In this document: positions 8,866 to 18,557 of the stretch, piece after piece
Layout of the letters: each line of letters starts with the position of its first letter
Position numbering within the stretch: position 1 is the stretch's first letter
Assembly: GCA_030636025.1 (NCBI GenBank)
Contig: DAOVXQ010000001.1
Location: forward strand, 24,791 to 88,790
DNA: 64,000 nt
Direction: 5' to 3'
Source of the DNA: an archaeon
Lineage (GTDB): Archaea; Nanobdellota; Nanobdellia; Pacearchaeales; GW2011-AR1
Notes under the pieces: generated by a model
Told to the model about the DNA's origin: nothing
Database searches by the model: none
The model's input: only the letters and a program-made list of their open reading frames with translations
Position numbers and translations under genes: made by a program

Positions 8866-9832
8866 TTTCTCTCCACCAGTTTAATAAATCTTGCATGGTT
8901 TGCTCAAAGCTATATTTTGGAACCCATCCTGTTTTGTTTAAGAACTTACTGCAATCAGGTATTTGTAATGTTACATCATAGGGCCGTAATAATTCTGGAT
9001 CTTCTTCTTTTTTTATATCTTTGTCACTTAAGTCAATTAGATGGTCTAACATTTCTCCTATTGTATTTGTTGTATTCCCCCCAATATTATATGCTTCTCC
9101 TGGCTCACATTTTCTAACTAATGAATGATACGCTCCTACTGCATCCCTTACATCTGCCCAAGTTCTTACACTATCGAGATTCCCATGTTTTAAGATTGGT
9201 TCTTGTTTATCTTTTTCTATTAAAGCAATTTGTTTTGCAAAATTACATTCAGCACTCATCATTGTTCTTCTTGGACCTGTATGTGTAAACATTCTTGTCC
9301 TAATTGTTTTTATTTTATAATTTGTCCAATATAAAAGTGCCACCATATCTGCTCCAACTTTCCCTACAGCATATGGATTAGACGGATTAAAAGGACAATC
9401 TTCTTTAATTGGAACTAAATCTTTTGTTACCAGCCCATAAACTTCTGAACTAGAACAGACATGCACTATTGGATCATATCCTGTTTTTTCCTTAGTCATC
9501 CTGACTGCCTCCAATAATCGTAAGGTTCCTATCGTATTTGTTTGAATTGTAATATCTGGATTTGAATAAGAATCCCCAACATAACTTTGTGCGGCTAAAT
9601 GAAAAATATAATCAGGCCTATGTTTATCAATTACTCTTAAACAAGCAGACTGGTCTAACAAATCCATAGGAACCATCTTTATTTTTCCGTCTAAGTGTTT
9701 AATTCTATTCAAATCTTCTGTCCACCTATATGTTCCTATAACTTCCTCTTCTTTTTTAACTAACAAATCCTCTAAATGACTTGCGACAAAACCTCCTGCA
9801 CCTGTAATTAAATTAGTTACCATTTTTTTCAT
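8858..9832 (-). CDS. gmd: GDP-mannose 4,6-dehydratase family (Gmd/Rmd-like) NDP-sugar dehydratase
   Basis: Rossmann motif TGAGGFVASHL. Extended SDR blocks TIGTLRLLEAVR, SSSEVYG, NPYAVGK, HTGPRR and GNLDSVRTWADVRD match Gmd (GTLRLLEA, STSELYG, SPYAVAK, HESPRRG, GNMDSLRDWGHAKD). Confidence 0.55.
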   Translation of the reverse strand: MKKMVTNLITGAGGFVASHLEDLLVKKEEEVIGTYRWTEDLNRIKHLDGKIKMVPMDLLDQSACLRVIDKHRPDYIFHLAAQSYVGDSYSNPDITIQTNTIGTLRLLEAVRMTKEKTGYDPIVHVCSSSEVYGLVTKDLVPIKEDCPFNPSNPYAVGKVGADMVALLYWTNYKIKTIRTRMFTHTGPRRTMMSAECNFAKQIALIEKDKQEPILKHGNLDSVRTWADVRDAVGAYHSLVRKCEPGEAYNIGGNTTNTIGEMLDHLIDLSDKDIKKEEDPELLRPYDVTLQIPDCSKFLNKTGWVPKYSFEQTMQDLLNWWRENV

Positions 9833-10214
9833 AAAAATTTATTAAAGTTTCTAAATCAACATTATTTATTTTAATATCATTTAGTTCGGTTTTATCTATT
9901 AGGGCAAATCCTGCCCCTTCTTTTAATGATATTTTTGAAATATCATTAATACTCGCAGTATATATTTTTATGTTTCCTTTATATTTATCTCCTAAATTAT
10001 AATTCTTAGAACCATAAAATTTTGGATTTATTGTTATTCCTGTTTCTTCAAAAATCTCTCTAACAACTGCTTCTTTAGGTTTTTCATTATTTTCTATTTC
10101 TCCTCCAAAAATTCCCCACGCTCCCCGAGTTGAGGGATAATCTAATGTTTTCTTCTGCAAAAGAACCTCATTTCTATCATTCAATATTATACATTCCACC
10201 ACATTTCTATCCAT
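9813..10214 (-). CDS. NUDIX hydrolase (GDP-sugar hydrolase Gmm/WcaH-like by context)
   Basis: Nudix box GGEIENNEKPKEAVVREIFEETGI. It is adjacent to and co-oriented with the gmd-like gene. Confidence 0.65.
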   Translation of the reverse strand: MDRNVVECIILNDRNEVLLQKKTLDYPSTRGAWGIFGGEIENNEKPKEAVVREIFEETGITINPKFYGSKNYNLGDKYKGNIKIYTASINDISKISLKEGAGFALIDKTELNDIKINNVDLETLINFYEKNGN

Positions 10215-10584
10215 TTATCACATACTCCTTATCATTTACTTCTTTTGAAATATAAGGCCATTGTGTGCATTCTATCATCACAGTATCTTCTAAAAATTTT
10301 GCCTTATGTGCAATTCTTGGCTCAATAGTTATCCTCTGACCTTTTTTTAAATTTATTTCCTGCCTTTCCTTTGTATCAATATTTTCAAAAATATATTCTG
10401 CTTCCCCATGTAATAAATAAAAAGTTTCACTATAATTGTGATAATGATTTCCAAGTATAGAACCCTCTTTTATTTTAAGTAATTTTAATTGCAAGGCAGT
10501 AAAATCCCCATTAAAAATAGGTGTCAGACTTCTTCTTTCATCTTCATGTGCTGGTTCAATTTCTTTATAATCTAATCCTTTCAT
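10207..10584 (-). CDS. Cupin-domain protein (possible NDP-keto-sugar epimerase/isomerase)
   Basis: HYHNYSETFYLLHGEA...H is a cupin two-His motif. 125 aa, lying inside the sugar operon. Confidence 0.45.
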   Translation of the reverse strand: MKGLDYKEIEPAHEDERRSLTPIFNGDFTALQLKLLKIKEGSILGNHYHNYSETFYLLHGEAEYIFENIDTKERQEINLKKGQRITIEPRIAHKAKFLEDTVMIECTQWPYISKEVNDKEYVING

Positions 10585-11138
10585 TTTAATTCTGCATATT
10601 TTTCTATTTGTGCTTTTGTTCCTCCTGTAGGCACTTCAACTAAAATTGTAGACTTATCATTATACAATGCATTTTTGTAAACAGGGATAACGTCCTCTGC
10701 CTTTCTTATTTTAATAACCTCTATGTTTTTACATATGATTTCTAAGGCATTTGTATAATCTGAACAATGTTGAATTCCAGGATATAATGGTTTTGTGTTT
10801 CCTATCTGAGTTCTCATAATCACCTTGGGATTATATTCCCCATGGCTCATTTCTTTAATTTTATCTAGGTGGTTTACTAATTGATTCATCCCACATATTA
10901 AAAAATCTATTCTTGGATAAATACTTATTGGAATATATCCCTTTAAACTTAGTCCTATTGAAATCCCCATCTGCATATCCTCTGCCACAGGCATTTCTAT
11001 TTTCTTTTCTAAAGGAACATTTTCAAGACTCATATGCATTGGACTGCCAGGATACAAAACTGTCTGACCCATAAAAATTGTTCTTTTATCTTCTGCAAGA
11101 ATTTCCATTGCTTTTTTTGTTTGTTTTTTATAATCCAT
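10581..11138 (-). CDS. Truncated TPP-enzyme E1-beta-like subunit (transketolase-like pyrimidine-binding domain only)
   Basis: MGQTVLYPGSP...PVAEDMQMGISIGLSLKGYIPI resembles E1-beta/transketolase PF02779. At 185 aa it is far shorter than canonical E1-beta (~325 aa). Confidence 0.55.
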   Translation of the reverse strand: MDYKKQTKKAMEILAEDKRTIFMGQTVLYPGSPMHMSLENVPLEKKIEMPVAEDMQMGISIGLSLKGYIPISIYPRIDFLICGMNQLVNHLDKIKEMSHGEYNPKVIMRTQIGNTKPLYPGIQHCSDYTNALEIICKNIEVIKIRKAEDVIPVYKNALYNDKSTILVEVPTGGTKAQIEKYAELK

Positions 11139-11139
11139 T

Positions 11140-11748
11140 TTAAAAATCCACCCATTTACCTATTCCATAATGGGGATATCTCCTCTCATATTCATATTTT
11201 ATTATATCTGCCCTTCCATTTTTCCAGACCTCATTTGTAGGAGTATAAACTCCAATTCCATTATCTTCGACTACAAAAGTTATTGGTAAATCTTGCCCCC
11301 CTGCATATTGCGTACATTCACTAAATGCTCCCATCTTTGAAGCCATATCTCCAACAAAACACCAAACATGCTCTCCCGAATTTTTTTGCCTTATTCCCAT
11401 TGCAGTTCCAACTGCGATAGGCAGAATCCCCCCAACAATTGCTGATGAAAATATTTTGTATTGATTGCTATTTGCATGTATGCTCCTATCTTCTAAAATT
11501 TCATTTTTTAACCACTCCGGATTTTTGCTTTTTAATAAAGCATGATAATGGCTTCTCCATGTCGAAAAAACCCAATCTTCATCTTTTACATTTTTAAAAA
11601 TTTCAATTAATTGGTCTTCATTTCCACCAGAAAGATGAATCGGACTATGTATTTTTCCAGCCTCATATAAATCCACTATTTCTTTTTCAAAATTCATCAA
11701 ATATTCTTTATCTATACTAACTTTTTCAATTAAATCTTGTTTATCCAT
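11140..11748 (-). CDS. Truncated TPP-binding E1-alpha-like subunit
   Basis: HLSGGNE, the SIHANS region (compare GGSMH) and CFVGDMASKMGAFSE...VVEDNGIG (the GDG...N TPP-binding motif). 202 aa against ~330 aa for canonical E1-alpha. Confidence 0.6.
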   Translation of the reverse strand: MDKQDLIEKVSIDKEYLMNFEKEIVDLYEAGKIHSPIHLSGGNEDQLIEIFKNVKDEDWVFSTWRSHYHALLKSKNPEWLKNEILEDRSIHANSNQYKIFSSAIVGGILPIAVGTAMGIRQKNSGEHVWCFVGDMASKMGAFSECTQYAGGQDLPITFVVEDNGIGVYTPTNEVWKNGRADIIKYEYERRYPHYGIGKWVDF

Positions 11749-11757
11749 TTTTATTAA

Positions 11758-12714
11758 TTATTTTATATTTTTTTGATACCAATTCATTGTTTTTCTTATT
11801 CCTTCTTCTAAACTAACTTTGGGTGTCCATCCAAAATCATTTTTAGCTTTAGTGCAATCAAAACATAAACTCGTTTTTATTGTCGGTTTTGAAGTATCAT
11901 ATTCTATATTAATATTCTTGCCTGAAATGTCAATCATTTTTTTAACAAGATTACTAACAGAAACAGCTTCTCCAGAACCAACATTATATAACTCATAACC
12001 TGTTTGTTGATCATCTACAGCCATACTAACAAAATCAACTAAGTCATCAATATACAAAAAATCTCTTTTTTCTTTTCCATCTCCCCAAACAACTAATTTT
12101 TCATTTTTATTATTCATAACTTTAGTAATTGTTGCTCCAAAAACATGAGATTTTTCTAAGTCAAATTTATCATAAGGCCCATAAACATTTGCCTGCCTTA
12201 TTACAGTATGTTTGGTTTTTCCTAATCTTGAAAAAAATTCACACATCTTTTCAATATAAATTTTAGTATGTCCAACCCCAAAATAATTTGGAAGAAGTTC
12301 CTGGTTGGGATTAAAATCAGTCTCCTTTAAAGGTTTTTCACTTGGTTGATACATCACAGTAGAACTTGGAAAAATAAAATGTTCAACATTATTATCAAAT
12401 GCAGACCTTAATAATAATGAGTTCATTACCGCATTATCTGTTACATGGATATAAGGTTTTGTAACAATATCTTTTGAACCAGAAGTTGTAGAAGCATCTT
12501 GGATAATTATATTTTTTCCAGCAACAATCCCTTGAACATCTTTAGAATCAAGAAGATTTGCATGAACCATCTCAACATTATCTATTTTTGGAGGTTTAGA
12601 TTTAAAATAAGTCCCAGTAACTTCAAAATTTTCTCTTTTTCCAAATCTTTCTGCAACATTTCTGCCAATAAATCCTGTTGCACCACAAACTAAAACCTTT
12701 TTTTTACTATTCAT
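11758..12714 (-). CDS. NAD-dependent epimerase/dehydratase (GDP-fucose-synthase/UDP-Glc-4-epimerase-like SDR)
   Basis: VLVCGATGFIGRNV Rossmann motif; extended SDR, 318 aa. Confidence 0.65.
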   Translation of the reverse strand: MNSKKKVLVCGATGFIGRNVAERFGKRENFEVTGTYFKSKPPKIDNVEMVHANLLDSKDVQGIVAGKNIIIQDASTTSGSKDIVTKPYIHVTDNAVMNSLLLRSAFDNNVEHFIFPSSTVMYQPSEKPLKETDFNPNQELLPNYFGVGHTKIYIEKMCEFFSRLGKTKHTVIRQANVYGPYDKFDLEKSHVFGATITKVMNNKNEKLVVWGDGKEKRDFLYIDDLVDFVSMAVDDQQTGYELYNVGSGEAVSVSNLVKKMIDISGKNINIEYDTSKPTIKTSLCFDCTKAKNDFGWTPKVSLEEGIRKTMNWYQKNIK

Positions 12715-14186
12715 TTTTTATCTCCAAGAAGTTTTCTTTTAAGATTAATTTTTGTCATCTCTTCTAAATGGGTCCTGCCCTCTTTTCCAAATTTATCTTC
12801 AATTAGTTTAAGATATCTCGGATTTTTATAGTAAGTATCAAAAGCATAATCTCTAAATTCAAGAACTTCTGCAGGACTAAGATTATCTGTTGGAAGAGGT
12901 AAAAAATTATAACCATGCTGAGAAAAATCAACCCACCTTTTAGGTAGTTCTATTCCTTGTTTAACAGAATTATCATAAAGAGGAGACCCCGGATAAGCAG
13001 TAGTGCAATACATTGTTTGCCATTCACAATTTAATTCCATTGCAAAATTAAGATTCCTTTGCATACTATCATAATTATCTCCAGGCAAACCAAACATACA
13101 GTGTCCAATAATATTTATCCCCTCATCTTTTGTTTGTTGAACCACTCGCCGTATATCTTCTTTTGTAAATTGACCTTTATTAACTTTCGCCCTGCTTTTA
13201 TCATCTCCTGTTTCTGTTCCATAAGCAAGCCAATTGAAACCTGCCTTTTTTAATTTACTTAAATATTCTTTCTTAGTTGTATCTATTCTTCCATAAGACC
13301 AGATATTTAAATCATAATTTCTTTCTATAAGCCCCTCTGCAATAGGAACAAAATGGTTTGGATTAATAATAAATAATTCATCAATAATTTTTAAATTTTT
13401 TACATCGTATTTATTTACTAAAGTATCTATTTGATCAAGAACCCATTCTGGTTTCCAATTTCTTTGTTTTCTTTCACCAAAGGTAGACCAAATTGCACAA
13501 AAATCACATGAAAAAGGACAACCCAAACTTGTAGAAATAGAAGCATAATTTGCTCTGGAATCAAAGTTTCCTAAACATTGCCAGTTGTGTGCCAAATATT
13601 TATCCATTGGTAAAAGATTCCAGGAAACTTCTCCTAACTCTTGTGTTAAGTTTTCAATATTCTTTGGTCTGGGATTTCCCCTTATTTCTTGGTTGTCTCT
13701 CCACCAAAGTCCAGGTATCTTTTTCAATGGTGCTTTTTCTAATAATCCTTGTAATGTAAGAAATCCTTCTCCTTGTCCAACATAATCACATACTTCTTCA
13801 TCCATAGTTCTTCTTGGAAGAGCAGAAGGATGCAATCCTGTAAGAATAACTTTTGTTTTAGGTGCTTCTTCCTTAATCTTTGTGCAAAGTTCACCAACCG
13901 CAGTCATTAATTGTGTTGATGCAGCGGGTTGTTGACCATATACTATGATATTAGTTAATTTAGGATTTATTAACAAAATCTTTTCAGCTGTTTCAGTATG
14001 TGTAAGATTTTCAGCATTTGCATCAATAATATTCACTCCAAAACCTTTTTTTTTAATAAATCCTGCAGTTAATGCTGCCCAAAAAGGAGGTTCAATTGCA
14101 GAATATGTTTTGCTTAAATCTTGATAAACATCTTTTTTAATTCCCCCACCAACATTTACAAGGGTTAAATCTATCTGTCTATTCAT
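12711..14186 (-). CDS. B12-binding-domain radical SAM enzyme (class B)
   Basis: N-terminal B12-binding-like domain followed by SLGCPFSCDFC (CxxxCxxC). 491 aa. Confidence 0.7.
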   Translation of the reverse strand: MNRQIDLTLVNVGGGIKKDVYQDLSKTYSAIEPPFWAALTAGFIKKKGFGVNIIDANAENLTHTETAEKILLINPKLTNIIVYGQQPAASTQLMTAVGELCTKIKEEAPKTKVILTGLHPSALPRRTMDEEVCDYVGQGEGFLTLQGLLEKAPLKKIPGLWWRDNQEIRGNPRPKNIENLTQELGEVSWNLLPMDKYLAHNWQCLGNFDSRANYASISTSLGCPFSCDFCAIWSTFGERKQRNWKPEWVLDQIDTLVNKYDVKNLKIIDELFIINPNHFVPIAEGLIERNYDLNIWSYGRIDTTKKEYLSKLKKAGFNWLAYGTETGDDKSRAKVNKGQFTKEDIRRVVQQTKDEGINIIGHCMFGLPGDNYDSMQRNLNFAMELNCEWQTMYCTTAYPGSPLYDNSVKQGIELPKRWVDFSQHGYNFLPLPTDNLSPAEVLEFRDYAFDTYYKNPRYLKLIEDKFGKEGRTHLEEMTKINLKRKLLGDKK

Positions 14187-14281
14187 TTTATTATCCCTTT
14201 TTTAATATAATTCATAATCATTTTTAATAATTCTTATTTTTAAAGATTTAGTAGTTTAAAAATATAGTATTCCTATATTAG

Positions 14282-14905
14282 TTAAAAACTTTTACTTTCT
14301 CCTCCATCTACAGTAATGCATGAACCATTAATGTGTTTGGCCTTATTTGAACATAAAAAAGTAACTATTCCTGCAACATCTTCTGGCTTTCCTTTTCCAG
14401 AGTAATTTTTTGTTCCAATATCTATTGGTCCTGGTGCTATAGTATTAAAAGTAATTCCTTCATATTTCCCAGCAAGGCATTTCATTAAACTTATTTCTGC
14501 AGCTTTAGCCATATTAAACCAGGGTTTTCCTCCAGATTCTTTTCCATAAATAGAAGCGATAGTAATTACTCTCCCCCATTTTTGCTTTTTCATATAGGGA
14601 AGACATTTCATAGTTAGTTTTCTGGCAACTCCTGCATTTTTTTCATAAACTTCTTCCCATTCATCAAATTTTTCATAATTTTCACTTCCCCATCTTCCAC
14701 CACCTCCAACATTGTTTATTAAAATATCATAGTTTCCATTAATCTTGGTTAAATCATCTTTTAAAACATCTACTATAATTCCTTTAGTTCTTGAACAAAT
14801 ATCAACTAAGCACCCCTCTTTTTTTAGTTCTTCTGCTATTGCTTTTCCAATTCCCTTGCTTCCACCAGTAACAAGCGCATATTTTCCTTCAAGATTTAAT
14901 TCCAT
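14282..14905 (-). CDS. Short-chain dehydrogenase/reductase (classical SDR)
   Basis: ALVTGGSKGIGKAIA glycine-rich motif. 207 aa. Confidence 0.7.
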   Translation of the reverse strand: MELNLEGKYALVTGGSKGIGKAIAEELKKEGCLVDICSRTKGIIVDVLKDDLTKINGNYDILINNVGGGGRWGSENYEKFDEWEEVYEKNAGVARKLTMKCLPYMKKQKWGRVITIASIYGKESGGKPWFNMAKAAEISLMKCLAGKYEGITFNTIAPGPIDIGTKNYSGKGKPEDVAGIVTFLCSNKAKHINGSCITVDGGESKSF

Positions 14906-15597
14906 TTTTTTAAATCATATTTATTTAAATCAAGAGGTTTAGGGGTACAGTATAAAATCCCCCGATAAGTAAGTCGAGGGGTTGAATGAGCATACATTAT
15001 ATTATCCAAGGTTTCGGTATCAGAAGATAATCCTTTTATACTTTTAACATCCCTCTCTTCTATTATGTCGCAGGTTGCCAATTCATTTGTATAAAAATTA
15101 AAATTAGGATTCACTTTTTTTAAAAGACCCCCAACAACATTCATTCCAAGGGGCTCTCCATCATAATTACAATGTCCTAGTCCATTATCAAAATCATGTA
15201 TGCAGACTACACAATTTTCAAAACCCTCTAATGATTTTAATTCTCCTTGAACCACCCATTTATCTTCTTTTGGTAATAAAGGATCATAAAAATGTGCATC
15301 TAAATACATAAACACAGTATCTTTTCTTCCAGTTTTTTTATAATTCTTAATAAAATCTTTTAAAAACTTTGGACTAGACTTTTTTTCAATAAATACATTA
15401 TTTAACTTTTTGATTTTTTCCATAGCTATCTTTAAATATTCCTCTTTTATATCACAAGACAGCACATCTTTAAAATTATGAGAATGAAATTTAGCATTTA
15501 TCCCCATAAATGCTCCTGTTTCAATAAATGTAGAAATATTAAATTCATCTCTTAATTTAATTATTTGCTTAATTGCCGTTCTGTCTAACCAACACAT
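14896..15597 (-). CDS. Putative class I SAM-dependent methyltransferase (CmcI/TylF/FkbM-like)
   Basis: FIETGAFMGINA resembles the methyltransferase motif I. 233 aa. The call is weak. Confidence 0.35.
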   Translation of the reverse strand: MCWLDRTAIKQIIKLRDEFNISTFIETGAFMGINAKFHSHNFKDVLSCDIKEEYLKIAMEKIKKLNNVFIEKKSSPKFLKDFIKNYKKTGRKDTVFMYLDAHFYDPLLPKEDKWVVQGELKSLEGFENCVVCIHDFDNGLGHCNYDGEPLGMNVVGGLLKKVNPNFNFYTNELATCDIIEERDVKSIKGLSSDTETLDNIMYAHSTPRLTYRGILYCTPKPLDLNKYDLKKWN

Positions 15598-15715
15598 AAG
15601 AAATTGTTGTAGAGATCATTTTTAAGTTTTTATATAGTTAAAAAGAATAGTAATCCTACTTATTTGTTAAATTAAAAATACATAATTTTTATAAGGCAAA
15701 AAAAACTAAATATCT
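15598..15715. promoter_or_regulatory. Divergent intergenic region with TATA-like boxes (tttttatatag; aatttttataagg) serving the minus-strand sugar operon and the plus-strand GT gene
   Basis: 118-bp AT-rich spacer between divergently oriented genes. The boxes are recognised only by archaeal TATA consensus resemblance. Confidence 0.25.
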
Positions 15716-17395
15716 ATGTCAAAACAGAACAGAAAACCCAAACCAAAAACACCTAAAATAAACAAAATACTTTTTGCAGAAACAGAAAATAAATATTTTT
15801 TTCTTTATCATCATTGGTATCTCCCATTAAAAAAAAGATGTAATAAGTTAATTTCATTTGATTGGAGATATAATCTCCTTATATATGGAAAAAAGGAAAT
15901 GAATAAAAGATTTCTTAAGATTATAGAAAAAGAAAAACCAGATTATGTTTTTTCATGGGCAAGGGGAGATGACACAGAACTTGAAATGTTATTAAAAATA
16001 AGAGAAATTTCTCCAAAAACAAAAACAATTCTTTTTTCAGGTGATGAAGACACGACTTTTGAAACTTTTTCAAGATATTTTATATTATTCTATGATTACG
16101 GACTAATATCTCCAAACCCTGAAAAATATATCCCAAAATATAATAAAGATGGAATAAAAAATATTTTCCCAATCATTGGAGCATTAAACACAGATTTTTT
16201 TAAACCAATAAATACTAAAAAAAAATATGATGTTACATTCATTGGTGCTTCGAGAGGAAAATTATCTAAAAGATATGAATATATTAAATTTTTAAAAGAT
16301 AATGGAATAAAAATAAAAGTATTTGGGTGGGGTTGGGACAAATATCCTAAATTAAAAGAGATTTATGGGGGCCCCTTAGAATCAGAAGAATTAGTAAAAG
16401 TCCTAAATCAAAGTAAGATAAGTTTATGTTTTTCAAAAGATGATTTTGGGAAAACAGAAGTAAAAGGAAAGCATTTTGAAACAGCAGCATGCAAAACATT
16501 TAGTTTAACAGAGTATTCTAAGGGATATTTAAAATATTTTAAGCAAAAAAAAGAGATTATTCTGTTTAAAGATAAAGAAGATTTATTAAAAAAAATAAAA
16601 TATTATCTTAAGCACAAAAAAGAAAGAGAAAGAATTGCAGAAGTAGCTTATAAAAAAATTATTAAAAATTATAATTTAGATATAGATTTAAAGAAGCTTT
16701 TTAAGGTGCAATCAAAAAAAGATTTTACTCATAAAAAACTTCCAAAAATAAATAAAAAAATTACCTCTTTATCTAAAAATGACTTAAATTTAAGTTTAGA
16801 AAAACTTAAAAACAAATTAAAAAATAAAGATTATATTATTTTAACGGATAGAAAATGTAAAAACCTCCCTTATAGAAAATATTTGCAGGCCTATTCCTTA
16901 GAAAAAACAAGAAAACCAATGAGTTGTTGTAATTATTATGTCCACTCTAAAATTTTAGGAGATTATCTGTATTTTATTACAAAAGATGCCTTTAAAAATC
17001 TCAATAAAGAAAATTTTAGTTCATTTTTAAATATAAATCAGTTTATGGTAACTAAAGATTATCTTTTAAACAATTTACAAAATTTTAAGAAAATTTTAAA
17101 TGGAAAAAAAATAGATTTTATAACTGAAAAAAATACTGCAATAATCGCCCTCCCATTGATAAGAATTAATAAAACTAAGATTAAAGATTATGAAACTATG
17201 AAAAAAGCATTTATTTTTTATTTTTTGTATAAATTATTTTCTTTAAAAATAAGAAAAAAGCCCGCCCTATTCTATTATATTTTTGCACTTTCCTTAGAAA
17301 TTCTTAGGGGAAAAAGATTTATCTTAGGGGCATTAATGAAAATATTAAAAGATAAGGATAAAAAAAATAAATTAAATAGTTATAAGAAAAAATAA
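15716..17395 (+). CDS. CgeB-like/GT1-fold glycosyltransferase with a C-terminal extension
   Basis: ISLCFSKDDFG...KHFETAACKTFSLTE...EDLLKKIKYYLKHKKERERIAEVAYKK matches the CgeB/Glyco_trans_1 C-terminal region. Confidence 0.45.
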   Translation: MSKQNRKPKPKTPKINKILFAETENKYFFLYHHWYLPLKKRCNKLISFDWRYNLLIYGKKEMNKRFLKIIEKEKPDYVFSWARGDDTELEMLLKIREISPKTKTILFSGDEDTTFETFSRYFILFYDYGLISPNPEKYIPKYNKDGIKNIFPIIGALNTDFFKPINTKKKYDVTFIGASRGKLSKRYEYIKFLKDNGIKIKVFGWGWDKYPKLKEIYGGPLESEELVKVLNQSKISLCFSKDDFGKTEVKGKHFETAACKTFSLTEYSKGYLKYFKQKKEIILFKDKEDLLKKIKYYLKHKKERERIAEVAYKKIIKNYNLDIDLKKLFKVQSKKDFTHKKLPKINKKITSLSKNDLNLSLEKLKNKLKNKDYIILTDRKCKNLPYRKYLQAYSLEKTRKPMSCCNYYVHSKILGDYLYFITKDAFKNLNKENFSSFLNINQFMVTKDYLLNNLQNFKKILNGKKIDFITEKNTAIIALPLIRINKTKIKDYETMKKAFIFYFLYKLFSLKIRKKPALFYYIFALSLEILRGKRFILGALMKILKDKDKKNKLNSYKKK

Positions 17396-18557
17396 TTTTA
17401 TTTTTTTGATGTTTTAAATTTACAATTTTTTTATAAAAATCCTCTAATTTTTTTATATTTTTACTCAATCTAAATTTTTCCTGAGCTTTTTTAACATTTT
17501 GTTGTAATTTTTCATAATTCTGTTGTTGAATAATTTTCTTAAGATTTTTTAAGTCAGAATAATCTATCAAAATACCAATTTTATTCTCTTTCACAATATC
17601 TGACATAACCTCACTCTGTCTATTTATAATTGTAGGCAATCCTGCCTCAATATAATTAAACATTTTCCCGGCCATAGATGTTTTAGGCCATATGGGATTT
17701 ATTATTGTGGCATCATAAAAATCAGGAAATATACCATAATTATATTTTGAAATTTTTTTGTTTAATTCTTCTGGTTTTTCCCTTTTATGAAAATGAAAAT
17801 ATTTATTTATTTTTTCTTCATTAAAAAACAAATTATTGTCCTTTTCCTGAACACAAGGACCATATGTATGGAAATGAATTTTTTGCGAGGTAACAGTTTT
17901 TACAATTTTTATAAATGGAATTCTACCTTCTTCAGAAGTTAAAGGCCCTCCAGGATAAATTACATGTAATTCTTTTTTTCTTTTTCCCCTTTTCGGAGGA
18001 TAAATCCATTCATCTAAACAATCTGGAGTGATTGCTAAATCTGGAACCCCTATTTTATATCTTAAAAAATTAAGTTCTCCAGAGGGACCTTTATGTAAAA
18101 CACCGTGAGCTTTTTTAAAAGATATTTTTTCAAAAATTTTCTGAAAAATCTTTTTCATCCTAAAACCTCCCGTGGTTCCTGTAGAAAATTCCCAGATATC
18201 ATAAGCAAAATATATTTTCGGCCTTTCTTTTTTTATTAAAAACATAAAAATCATAGTAAATAAATCCGGACCAGTAATATGAAAAACATAAGGATTTAAC
18301 TTCCTAATTTTCTTTAAAAAAATCCTGGCTTCTTTACTCGAAATTTTTTTAAAAAATTGAATTATCTTTTTTGGATGTATTTTATGCTCCAATTCAAAAA
18401 TAAGAATTTTATCAAATGCTTTTTTATAAAGATTTTCATCAACTTTAGAGAATGAAATAAGTGTTGTTTTATATTTCCCAGTTAATTTTAGGGCTCGTGC
18501 AAATTTTAAATTGACTATGCTTGGAACACGTTCCACAAAAACTATTTCTTTCTTCAT
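17319..18557 (-). CDS. Glycosyltransferase (GT1/GT4-fold-like)
   Basis: The C-terminal YIEAGLPTIINRQSEVMSDIVKENKIGILID is the GT-B donor-binding motif region. The start is uncertain. The gene converges on and overlaps the previous gene. Confidence 0.4.
   Translation of the reverse strand: MKKEIVFVERVPSIVNLKFARALKLTGKYKTTLISFSKVDENLYKKAFDKILIFELEHKIHPKKIIQFFKKISSKEARIFLKKIRKLNPYVFHITGPDLFTMIFMFLIKKERPKIYFAYDIWEFSTGTTGGFRMKKIFQKIFEKISFKKAHGVLHKGPSGELNFLRYKIGVPDLAITPDCLDEWIYPPKRGKRKKELHVIYPGGPLTSEEGRIPFIKIVKTVTSQKIHFHTYGPCVQEKDNNLFFNEEKINKYFHFHKREKPEELNKKISKYNYGIFPDFYDATIINPIWPKTSMAGKMFNYIEAGLPTIINRQSEVMSDIVKENKIGILIDYSDLKNLKKIIQQQNYEKLQQNVKKAQEKFRLSKNIKKLEDFYKKIVNLKHQKNKIIFSYNYLIYFFYPYLLIFSLMPLR

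Noticed and set aside
2721-14186. A phosphonate (Fom1/Fom2/Fom3-type) biosynthetic pathway, suggested by the cytidylyltransferase-mutase fusion, the B12 radical SAM and the small split TPP enzymes.
   Set aside because: The mutase domain is iPGM/ApgM-type (alkaline phosphatase superfamily), not the isocitrate-lyase-fold PEP mutase. The split TPP subunits resemble E1 alpha/beta, not the ComDE/Ppd family. I keep it only as an architectural analogy.
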